Of a DNA stretch of 64,000 nucleotides, positions 22,012 to 30,927 are shown one piece after another. The notes under the pieces were generated by a model that was not told where the DNA came from, did not search any database, and worked only from the letters and a program-made list of their open reading frames with translations. The number at the start of each line of letters is the position of its first letter. The stretch's first letter is position 1. The translations under genes were made by a program, and so were the position numbers. Source of the stretch: Patescibacteria group bacterium (GTDB lineage: Bacteria; Patescibacteriota; Gracilibacteria; BD1-5; UBA2023); assembly GCA_049315825.1 (NCBI GenBank), contig JBMOJK010000004.1, positions 648 through 64,647 on the forward strand, read 5' to 3'.

Positions 22012-22260
22012 ATGTTCGGATCACACATCGAGTTCACACTCACCAACGACGAAAAACTCGACTACATCTACACAGAGCTCAAGAAATGAGAATCTGATCG
22101 CAGATGGTCGTGCGTTTGGAAATGGATATGGAGATTTTTTCTCATCGCGAGTACTTTCTGGCTCTATCTCCATCCAGAGACTATCTTCGATATGGCAAAA
22201 TGACTGACTGGCAACATGACCAATAGCCTCATGTGACTTCCAACTGATATACAAAAATAA
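22012..22260 (+). CDS. Small membrane protein (82 aa), unknown function
   Basis: From ATG 22012: MFGSHIEFTLTNDEKLDYIYTELKK-G-ESDRRWSCVWKWIWRFFLIASTFWLYLHPETIFDMAK-G-LTGNMTNSLM-G-LPTDIQK to TAA 22258-22260. It is packed 4 nt after the permease gene and 2 nt before the hydrolase gene. Minus-strand track ORF 22021..22254 is the alternative reading. Confidence 0.5.
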
Positions 22261-22262
22261 TC

Positions 22263-23762
22263 ATGCACATCTACTCACTCGGTCACACACAATGTTTGAT
22301 CGAAATACCAACTTCGGGTAACGCACTCCGCATCCTTGTGGACGGATGGCTCTCTGACTACGCTGTGAGCGATCTCATGGAGCGCAGTCCACGAATCACG
22401 ATCGACTGGGCAAATCTCCCGAAGATCGATATCGTCTACATCAGCCATTCTCACATGGATCACATCGATCCATACTTTTTGAACGAACTCTACAAGCATC
22501 AGTCGCCCACGCTCCTACTTGCAGAAACTCTTGCATACATCGTACCTACACTTCAGAAATATCTTCCAAGTACGAAGATCGAACTCCTCAAACAGCTCAA
22601 ACCCTACGAGATTGGTGGAGCGAAAATCACCGGGCTCATCTTTGAAAATCCAGAAGTTGGAAATGAAGAAGATGTGATGTCACTCTTCGTAGAGCATGGA
22701 AACTCGTGTATCTATCTCGAGATCGACACCCTTCCGCCAGAAGATCCTGCTGAACAAGATAAACTCTGGGCACTGTTCAACAAAAAGCCCTACAAGAATC
22801 GACTCTACGTCTCATCACGTAATGAACTCGAAGGGAATCTCAGTATCCTCGATATCACCCCGACAAAGCGCAAAAACTACGAAAAACAGTACCGCGCAAC
22901 CCGCAAAGAATGGATCGAATGGCAGTATGAAAAATTCGATACAGAAGCTGTGGAGTATCGTGATATTCGGGATCTACCAGGATTCTACCTCGCACTCATC
23001 GGCCAGGGAATGCAGTGTCCTGAGTCGGTTTCGCCTGAGCTTGCATGCACCAAGATATTTCCGCTCGACGAGATCGCTGAGATCGAGCGCGCAAGTGCAC
23101 GAAGATTTCACAAGAAATTCGAAGTGACGGCACTCACGGCCGGAAAGTGACTCGCACTGAGTGAAGGCGGTATCTCAAAATCAACCACCACTCCGGTCGG
23201 GATGACATTCAAAAAACAAGCTCCTCGCAATCTCGACCATACTATCGAGATGCATCGTCTCGATAAACCCCTAAATACAAGTGATTCGCCATTCCACGCC
23301 CAAGAATCACTCATTCTTCAGGCACTTAATACACGATTTCTCCCTACGAAGATTGCTGATCCGTATGACAACTTCAAAAACATCGTCCTACAAAATCCAG
23401 GGCACTGTTACCAAGTAGAAGTTCGATACTGAAATACAGCACCTTTTGAATCACGAGTCTACCGATGGGACTTTTCAACGACTGGATTTATGCTCGTTTC
23501 GGTGCGAGATAGCAAGATCGATGAATCGTATTTTGCAAATGATCTCGTAGATTTCCTAGAAGGAAAACAGGAGCTTTATAGCAATTTCCTTCACAAGCTC
23601 GACCCAAAGAAAACCTATCGATTCTGGACGGTTCTCGGGAACAATTTCCTCAATCATGATTTGGTAATTCGAAAAATCGAGTATCATTTCACTCGAATAG
23701 CACAAGGACTTACCGCGGAATCATTTACTACTGAGTATTACCGAAGTAACGTATCTCTCTAA
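22263..23762 (+). CDS. MBL-fold metallo-hydrolase family protein with a long C-terminal extension
   Basis: Track ORFs 22263..23150, 23202..23432 and 23490..23762 share one frame and join through two TGAs. The motif VYISHSHMDHID is the HxHxDH zinc motif. TAA stop. Confidence 0.75.
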
Positions 23763-23766
23763 AAAT

Positions 23767-23946
23767 ATGGCAGAAAATCTCAAAATTCAGCCTCCTTACC
23801 CAAAAGATACAAATTCCTCCTGAGACACACTCCCCTTTGCAAAAAGTGTCATCGAAACAACTCGAAGACACTTTTTGAACATAGATAGTCAAGAGCTTAC
23901 TACTGATGCTTCGGTTTGAGATATATCAACATGAGATACTTCAAGC
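23767..23946 (+). CDS. Possible 59-aa ORF
   Basis: From ATG 23767: MAENLKIQPPYPKDTNSS-G-DTLPFAKSVIETTRRHFLNIDSQELTTDASV-G-DIST-G-DTSS to TAG. It lies 5 nt after the hydrolase stop and is followed by the 23987-24026 hairpin. No motif recognised. Confidence 0.25.
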
Positions 23947-23986
23947 TAGCTTGAATATTGCAAACAATCAATACATACAAACTAAA

Positions 23987-24026
23987 ATCACCCCTTTTCT
24001 CTCTATATAAAGAGAAAAGGGGTGAT
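23987..24026. terminator. Strong perfect hairpin (16-bp stem)
   Basis: atcaccccttttctct (23987-24002) and agagaaaaggggtgat (24011-24026) are perfect complements, with loop ctatataa. The hairpin marks the left edge of the AT-rich island. Confidence 0.6.
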
Positions 24027-24152
24027 TTGTAGCAACTTCAGATTATATAATTAAGACAATATCTCTATGTAGTCAGCATTCTCCAGAATCTTACTAGAAA
24101 AAATAATAGTATAAAATCCAGCTCAATCTGTAGAAATTACATCAGATACATC

Positions 24153-25058
24153 TCCTACTCATACCTCAATCGAATCAAATCAATAATTATATCGAGGCAC
24201 GAGAGTTTTGGTTTCTGATTTTCAGTGAATCACAATAGTTTCGCCAATGTTCTTGTATCGCATTTTTAGTGGCAGTTTTCCTCAGAGTTTTTTATAGTCG
24301 TCTAAATGTATTAAAACAGAATTTTGTGTTCATCGAGAAGTACATGTCTGTACATTTACAAGGGCAGAAATTTTTCTTCAGCTTATGACACCACTCGACT
24401 GAAAGTAAAGTTGATCTGAGATAGGATGCGGGGTAGTTGCAGCGATATACTTCATTTGAGGATATCTTGCATTCGTATCTTTAAATCGAACTATTTCATT
24501 TTCCGGAGAAAATTGATCAGAAATTTCAGTTCTCCAACTCATGCTCAGCGGATAATCTGCGAGCGCCCCTGTATGATTTTGCCCCTGCTGTAAACCGACG
24601 GCGAGTCCCACAACTGTAGTTTTCGATGTAAAGTCTCAGATTGTATCAACTCTTGAGCCTATATTTACACAGAAGTTATCACCTGCATTGCTTGCGGTAT
24701 TATTTGATTGAAATAAAGTGCTGTATTTTTCAGTACTTTCCTTAATGGATTGCTTGTACTTTTCCTGACATTTTTCCGTGGATGATGACATTTGCTCGCA
24801 AATCTCTCATGCACTTAAAAGTCCTGATATATTAGTAAATCCATCTATATTCAAGAAGTATCAATTATCCATTGGAGCCGTAGCAATCTCAGACTTCGGT
24901 GATTGTATAATAGGATATATATGAATCGAACTATCAATAGAACCTGTACCAACCACTACTCAAGTAGAAGTGACCACCGATTGTGAAATAGTTGCCTTTG
25001 TACAGCTTCCCAGAATAAAGAATGAGAGTGTAAGGAGGGATAGATGTTTAAGTGACAA
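24153..25058 (-). CDS. Putative lipoprotein, unknown function (TGA-dense)
   Basis: I translated this codon by codon. The frame of track ORF 24378..24611 stays open from 25175 to TAG 24153-24155, with 10 in-frame TGAs. There is no in-frame ATG before the signal sequence. TTG at 25056-25058 gives MSLKHLSLLTLSFFILGSC, a signal peptide plus lipobox. The start codon is uncertain. Confidence 0.45.
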
Positions 25059-25134
25059 GATGAATAACTTTGATGATAAGTTTATACGGTGATTGTATCT
25101 AGATTTTGAGAAATAAGATTGAATAATTCAGTCT

Positions 25135-25164
25135 AAAAAGCGGGTATAGGTATACCCGCTTTTT
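25135..25164. terminator. Bidirectional rho-independent terminator
   Basis: In aaaaagcgggtataggtatacccgcttttt, agcgggt pairs with acccgct and A/T runs flank the stem. It lies 12 nt downstream of the stop of the pcrA-tail copy at 25176. Confidence 0.7.
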
Positions 25165-25175
25165 AGTGTAGCTTT

Positions 25176-25431
25176 TTAGCCAATCTTCTCCAGTGGAGCT
25201 ATCTTGATATTGAGCTTCTTGATCCCTTTGTAGAGACCACCGAATGCAATTTCTGCAATATCATCTCGCAGACTCACGATCGTACCTTCTCCAAACTGTG
25301 GATGTCGAACTCGGTTTCCGAGTGAGAATTCACCTGCAACGTGTTCCTTGATAGATCGTACCTGTGGCTTCACGCTCGATGCAAAACTTGCAAAAGATGA
25401 TGGATTGAACGATGTAAATCGGAACTCTGGT
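25176..25431 (-). pseudogene. Detached duplicate of the last 84 codons of pcrA (C-terminal Tudor-like domain), lacking the helicase body
   Basis: It encodes ..PEFRFTSFNPSSFASFASSVKPQVRSIKEHVAGEFSLGNRVRHPQFGEGTIVSLRDDIAEIAFGGLYKGIKKLNIKIAPLEKIG. This is identical in protein sequence to the C-terminus of the intact gene at 26678. A TAA lies 8 codons upstream of the homology. The only in-frame start is GTG (track ORF 25176..25373). Confidence 0.75.
25177..25431. repeat. Direct repeat copy A (255 bp)
   Basis: It aligns base for base with 26679-26933 (offset +1502), with 244/255 identical positions. Homology ends abruptly at 25431/25432 and at 25176/25177. Confidence 0.95.
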
Positions 25432-25462
25432 GCGCTATACTTAAATCTTAATTAAAAGTGAA

Positions 25463-25490
25463 TTGACTTTCCTTACTTGAAAAATAAATT
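25463..25490 (+). promoter_or_regulatory. Putative promoter of the island cassette
   Basis: TTGACT (25463-25468), a 16-nt spacer, then TAAATT (25485-25490). It is upstream of ATG 25583, with gaaaggaaa just before the start. Confidence 0.3.
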
Positions 25491-25582
25491 ACAAGCGCTT
25501 CTAGAAATAGGTTCTAGTGAGTCAGAGGTTACTTTGTAATCGTTGTTAAACAAATACACAAATTGAAGAAAGGAAATACCAC

Positions 25583-25945
25583 ATGAGTATTTTCAGAAAA
25601 ATCCTTGTCATCGGTATTATTGCAACTCTGAGCATGACTGCTCATGCAGAACGTAAAACCGTATACACAGCACCAACTTGGGTAGAACATTACTATGAAT
25701 TCAACACTACCCAAACAGAAAATCCTGACCAAAACTGGTGGTGTGGCCATACTGCTCTCAAGATAGTAGCACGGTATCACACTGGACAAACTCACTCACT
25801 GCAAACCATCCATAATACATTGCTTAATATATATACACGCAAAATCATTGAAAAATTCTTACATAGAGAATTTCGTAATGATATATGAATACCTAATCTA
25901 ACCCTATGAAAAAAACTCTGTTCGCTCTTTTATCGCTTGGAATAG
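25583..25945 (+). CDS. Secreted peptidase-C39-like N-terminal fragment (probably truncated)
   Basis: MSIFRKILVIGIIATLSMTAHA is a signal peptide. NWWCGHTALKIVARYHTG resembles the catalytic-Cys block of C39-like peptidases (CG.t...M.l.y.G), but no downstream His/Asp region follows. The frame reads through two TGAs to TAG 25943-25945 and overlaps the next gene by 40 nt. Confidence 0.4.
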
Positions 25946-26625
25946 TGAGTTGTGCGCCATCTACAAACAACATTCAAACACCACATTCATCTAACGCTCT
26001 ACAAACCATTGCAATATCCTCTGAAGCAATTTGGAACGATCCAATAAATTCTAAATACAATGACCTTACTGGACCAACGATAGAGCTTGTTCGAAAAATG
26101 CCCCCACGTGAGCGATTCACGTATAACTGCACTGGATCAAATACTGAAATGTATACTGCAATTCAAGCTCTCCCAGACCAAATAAGCATGTGGATATCTG
26201 CAAGTCCTACTTGCCAAGGAACGTGGATTCCCGTCGAATTAAAAAAGATACTTCTCAATCGCAAAACAATGGTTCTGTGATTACATGGATTTGCCTATCC
26301 AAATGAGGATTACGCATTTTTAGCACAGATTCCAAGTCATATTCTTTTTATTCAATCTCCCGACTGGCTTCAGTTTCCTTCAAGCAGTGAAAATGCAAGC
26401 ACACTTCTTCATGCTCCAAATAAAAAACTATACGTTATAAACTGATATACTAACACAGAAAATCGACTTGCTACCCAAAAAGAAGCAATGCTATGTGAAA
26501 AAATTCTCCAATCACCTATAGTAAAAGATTTTCATTACGGACAACAAGCACCGTCAAAAGAACAAATAGACATCTATCGACAATATGATAAATGTTATAT
26601 GAACATACCTACGATACAAAAATAG
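25906..26625 (+). CDS. Lipoprotein of unknown function
   Basis: MKKTLFALLSLGIVSC is a signal peptide plus lipobox. Track ORF 25906..26280 continues through TGA 26278-26280 and one further TGA (..KTMVL-G-LHGFAYPNEDY..VIN-G-YTNTEN..) to TAG 26623-26625. Confidence 0.6.
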
Positions 26626-26677
26626 AATACGATCTCAGTTTGAGTGTTAAAAGAGAATGAATAACCTCTTTGCTTAC

Positions 26678-28885
26678 CTAGCCAATCTTCTCCAGTGGAG
26701 CTATCTTGATATTGAGCTTCTTAATCCCTTTATATAAGCCTCCAAAAGCAATTTCTGCAATATCATCTCGCAGGCTCACGATCGTACCTTCTCCAAACTG
26801 TGGATGTCGAACTCGATTTCCGAGTGAGAATTCACCTGCAACGTGTTCCTTGATAGATCGTACCTGTGGCTTCACGCTCGATGCAAAACTTGCAAAAGAT
26901 GATGGATTGAACGATGTGAATCGGAACTCTGGTTCTTTGCGGTTTGATTCAAGGAGATGCTCTGGGATTTCTTTGAGGAATCTGGAGCGTGGATTGGCAC
27001 TATATGTCCCAAAACTATAGCGTTCTCGGGCACGGGTGATGAAAAGTGCTTTCTTTGCTCGTGTAAGAGCAACATACATAAGCCTGCGTTCTTCTTCGAG
27101 TTGCTTGCTGTCTTGAAGTGAGCGGGAATGTGGAAAGACTCACTCTTCTGCTCCTGCGATGATAACGTTCTTGAATTCGAGTCCCTTTGCAAGGTGGATT
27201 GTCATAAGCGAGACGAGATTTTCACCCTGCTCCTCACGATCAGAATCCGTGATAAGCGCGATATCTTCGAGGAACATCGAAAGTGCTTCGCGCGGTTCAA
27301 GTCCATCGTAGCGAGACGCCATATTGGCGAATTCCTTGATGTTTTCTTCCTTTCCTTCGGCTTCTTCTTTGCTGAATTCTGCAAGCAGATAGTCAGCATA
27401 TTTTGTGCGCTTTACGACTTCTTCGAGTGTCTCACGAACGCTCTTAGTCTGTGCGAATTCTACGAGTCCGTCATAGAGCCCAAGAAATCCTTCAAATGCC
27501 TTCATAGCAGCTCCTCCGAATGCATTTTCCGCAATTCCTTGCGAGATTGCTGTACGGAAATCAAGCCCGAACTGTCCTGCGAATTGCAGTAGATCACCCA
27601 CGGACTTATCACCGAGCTTGCGGCTTGGGACGTTGATAATACGCTGAAGACTCGCGATGTCTGAAGGATTGAAGATGAGTCGAAGGTATGCGAGGATGTC
27701 CTTGATTTCTTTGCGCTCGTAGAACTTCACACCACCATAGATACGGTATGGTATACTCTTGCGGATGAGAGATTCTTCGATAAGTCGCGACTGACTATTG
27801 GTTCGATACAAGATCGCCCAGTCAGAATACGCGCCTGATCCATCGCTTACGTCACTTGTGATGAATGATACAATCTCTCTCCCCTCTTCTTTTTCGTCGG
27901 AAGTTTCGAGTTCGATGATCTTCTCGCCTTGCTCGTTCTCAGTCCAGAGGGTTTTATCGAGGGCTTCTTTGTTGTTCTTGATGAGCGCGTTAGCTGCAGC
28001 GATCACCGTCTTGGTTGAGCGGTAGTTCTCCTCGAGCTTAATGACGTTCGCATCTGGATAGTCCTTCTCGAAGTGGAGGATATTTTGGATATTCGCCCCT
28101 CGCCAGCTATATATCCCCTGCCAGTCGTCTCCAACGACTGCAAGATTGCGAGACTTCTCAGCAAGGAGCTTCACGATGCGGTACTGAATCTCATTGGTAT
28201 CCTGATACTCATCGACCATGATATAGCTGAAGCGATCATGAAAATACGCCTTCACTTCAGGAAGTGAGAGCATCTCGTACACCTTGAGGAGGATATCATC
28301 GAAGTCGAGTGCATTTGCTTCTTTCATGCGCTTCTCGTACTCGAGATACACGGCAGCAACGATAGATTTTACATAACTATCCGCAGATCTGCGGTACTGA
28401 TCTGGGGAAATTCCTTCGTTCTTGGCAGCAGAAATCATCCCAACCACCTGACGTGGCGGGATTTCTTTCTCGTCTACTTTTTGGGTTTTGAGGATGTCTT
28501 TGAGGAGGCGAATCTTGTCATCTTCGTCGAAGATGACAAAGCTCTTCGAGTATCCGATCCGATCGATAAACAGCCGCAAGAAATACACTCCAACCGAGTG
28601 AAATGTCCCGACCATCGGAATCCCTTTTTGGCGATACGGGTTGACCGAACCAAGCTCGAGACCGAGTTTCTTGGCGGTTCGTTCGCGCATCTCTTTGGCA
28701 GCCTTGTTGGTAAAGGTTACACACAAAATACTCTCCGGTGGAATCCCGACATCAAGCACCAAATGCGCCACACGCTCCGTGAGGGTGTGAGTCTTCCCTG
28801 CCCCCGCACCGGCAAGTATCAAGAGCGGTCCGTCTATATGATCGACGGCCTTTTTTTGTTCTGTATTGAGCATAATTTTATGCAC
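26678..28885 (-). CDS. pcrA: ATP-dependent DNA helicase PcrA/UvrD (superfamily 1)
   Basis: Track ORFs 27140..28885 and 26678..27079 share a frame and join at TGA 27140-27142 (..AGAEE-G-VFPHSRS..). Motifs: AGAGAGKTHTLT (Walker A), DEYQDTN, VGDDWQGIYSWRGA, TIHLAKGLEF, YVALTRAKK. TAG stop. Confidence 0.95.
26679..26933. repeat. Direct repeat copy B (255 bp, the 3' end of intact pcrA)
   Basis: Partner of 25177-25431. There are 11 mismatches, 8 of them within the 25 nt corresponding to copy A positions 25221-25245. Confidence 0.95.
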
Positions 28886-28894
28886 AGAGTATAT

Positions 28895-28925
28895 AAAATC
28901 CCCTCACAAATGCGAGGGGATTTTT
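28895..28925. terminator. Bidirectional rho-independent terminator
   Basis: aaaatcccctc (28895-28905) pairs with gaggggatttt (28914-28924), with loop acaaatgc. It lies between the M23 peptidase gene and the pcrA start. Confidence 0.7.
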
Positions 28926-29081
28926 GAGAAAATTATTTCTGGATTCGTTCAAAACTTACTGTGCGAGATTTATAACCATGATCTGTATTTTCTCTAAAAA
29001 TTGAACTCTGGGCTCAGAGTTGAATCAGGAGGAAATGGTCGAGATTTTTCATGGTGTGAGAATTTGATATCAGTCATGGGC

Positions 29082-30614
29082 TTAGCTCTGAGTTTTCCAC
29101 ATGTAGAGCATACGAGCTCCTTCTCCACGAGTTACTGCTACGCTAGACTGAAAACGTGTGACACGATATCCTGATCTGCGTGAGAAGAGATTGAGCGTTG
29201 CAACCTCCATAGAAATACGTGCAACTGGTGTTACTTCCGTACCAGAAAGTCGAACTAAGAGAGCCACAAACTCTGCCTTTGTGATCGTCTCGTCTGGTCG
29301 GAAAGTAAATGCTGGTTGGAGCACTCCCTTTGCCTTAAATGAAGCAATATAACCGATTGCGGGGTCATTAGATGCGATATCAGCGAATGGAGGCTGTGCT
29401 CACTGCTGAGCCTCGATTCCGAATGCTCGAGCAAGAAACACCACCGCGTCTCGTCGTGAAATATTTTCTGCTGGTCGGAAGGTTGCATCGTCATACCCCT
29501 GTGAAACTCCAAGCTCTTTGAGGTATTTTGTTGCTGCGAAATACACAGAGTTACGTCCGATGTCTCGGAAAATCTGATCACTCGGTACAACTGGTTTGGT
29601 TACAGAGACGATCGGTGAAGTCGCTGTCGTATCCGGTAGATTGGGTGCTGAATTGAGTGGCGGAACTGTCACAACAGGCTTCGGTGTAGGTGGTACAACC
29701 ACTCCTGTCACGATAGTCTGTGGATTTGTGGGTGTAATAGTTGCAGCTACTTGGATATCGCTCGTATTTGCATCTTGTTTTACTCATGCGAGAGTCTGTA
29801 CAAAATCCATCGGATGTACAGTGTACTTCATAGCATTTTCTTTTCCAAGTCCTACATTTACCGCGTCAAAGAAATCAAGTCCGGCTTCCTGTGCATCGCG
29901 AAGGCTGTATGGCCAATATGCATGAAATGGCGCATCTGCCTTATCAATCTGAAAATGCAGATGTGGTGTGGTTGTTACCCCAGTCATCCCAACTTTACCG
30001 AGCACCTGCCCCTTTGCGATCTTTGTACCCTCTACTGCAAGGGCAGATTCTAGATGGAGGTAGGTAGAATAGTATGATTGTTTGGCTCCTCCATCAAAAC
30101 TCACTCCATCATGACGAATAACAACATAGATTCCATCTCCACCATTGCTGATATTTACCTTTGTGACGATCCCGTTTGCGATAGCAAGTACGGGCGTGCC
30201 GAGTGGAGCACGGATATCAACTCCGAGGTGAGAACCATCGTATTCCTGGAAGTTCATACGATAACTTCCCATGTACGGCGTGATATATGTTGCGCGTTGG
30301 AGGAGAGCGATTTTTCCTTTATCTGTGTCATCCTCGAAGATATTTGGATCGTAGAATGGGAGGTCTACAAAATCCGCAGCAGGAATACTTTCAAAACGAG
30401 TCGATTTGTTAGAGTATTTTGCATCGAGCCAGTTTGGCACATAGCGGATTGGATAAATCGTACCATCGAATGGATCGGATTTTACATTTTGATACTCAAG
30501 CACTGAAGACTTGAGAAATGGCACACCAACGATCCCAGTTATATAGATAACTAGGAGTGCGAGATTGAAGAGCCAGAGGCGCGCGAGCGAGAATGGGGAG
30601 AGAGACTGATCCAT
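29082..30614 (-). CDS. Membrane-anchored M23 family metallopeptidase with two C-terminal SLH domains
   Basis: Track ORFs 29784..30614, 29400..29711 and 29082..29324 share one frame and join at two TGAs. N-terminal anchor: LARLWLFNLALLVIYITGIVGV. M23 motifs: HLGVDI (HxxxD) and TTTPHLHFQI (HxH). A Pro/Thr-rich linker follows. The two SLH-like repeats are FRDIGRNSVYFAATKYLKELGVSQGYDDATFRPAENISRRDAVVFLARA and FADIASNDPAIGYIASFKAKGVL..FRPDETITKAEFVALLVRL. Confidence 0.8.
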
Positions 30615-30732
30615 GCAAATACAGAAGTTACATGAATGCTATCACAATAATTTCCCAGGCGCAAAAAATGGGTGTATAAGAAAACTTTTGTGTGGATTTA
30701 TGAGAAATACACACCCTCCGTGTGGTCGCAAT

Positions 30733-30762
30733 AAAAAAAATTCCTTCTAAAAGGAACTTTTT
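30733..30762 (-). terminator. Rho-independent terminator about 165 nt downstream of ychF
   Basis: ttcctt (30741-30746) pairs with aaggaa (30751-30756). On the minus strand the hairpin is followed by tttttttt. Confidence 0.6.
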
Positions 30763-30927
30763 ATTTTCTCAAATCATGACATTTCCAATCCTCGCAATCC
30801 TACAAAGATTGCAGAGAGCAAAGATATTTGTGCGAAGTTCGAGCACCGCAGTAAGGTGTAGCGGAAGCTACTCCGCACGAGGAAGCGCAGAACTGAACGC
30901 AAAGATCGAAGCTATGTGCAATCTTTC

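Noticed and set aside
22021-22254. 77-aa minus-strand ORF.
   Set aside because: The plus-strand reading (22012..22260) fits the operon spacing (4 nt and 2 nt from its neighbours) and gives a clear TM helix. The minus ORF ends in TGA and has no such support. The call remains only moderate confidence.
25176-25373. Calling the 65-aa GTG-initiated ORF an ordinary independent gene.
   Set aside because: It is the duplicated tail of pcrA. Expression is possible but unproven, so it is annotated as a gene remnant and discussed as a finding.
30841-30890. Possible SRP (4.5S) RNA, because of a GGAA-capped hairpin and a nearby GGAAGC string.
   Set aside because: The arrangement does not reproduce the conserved domain IV layout (..AGGUCC-GGAA-GGAAGCAGC..), and I could not build the flanking helix. 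I keep it only as an unclassified structured segment.
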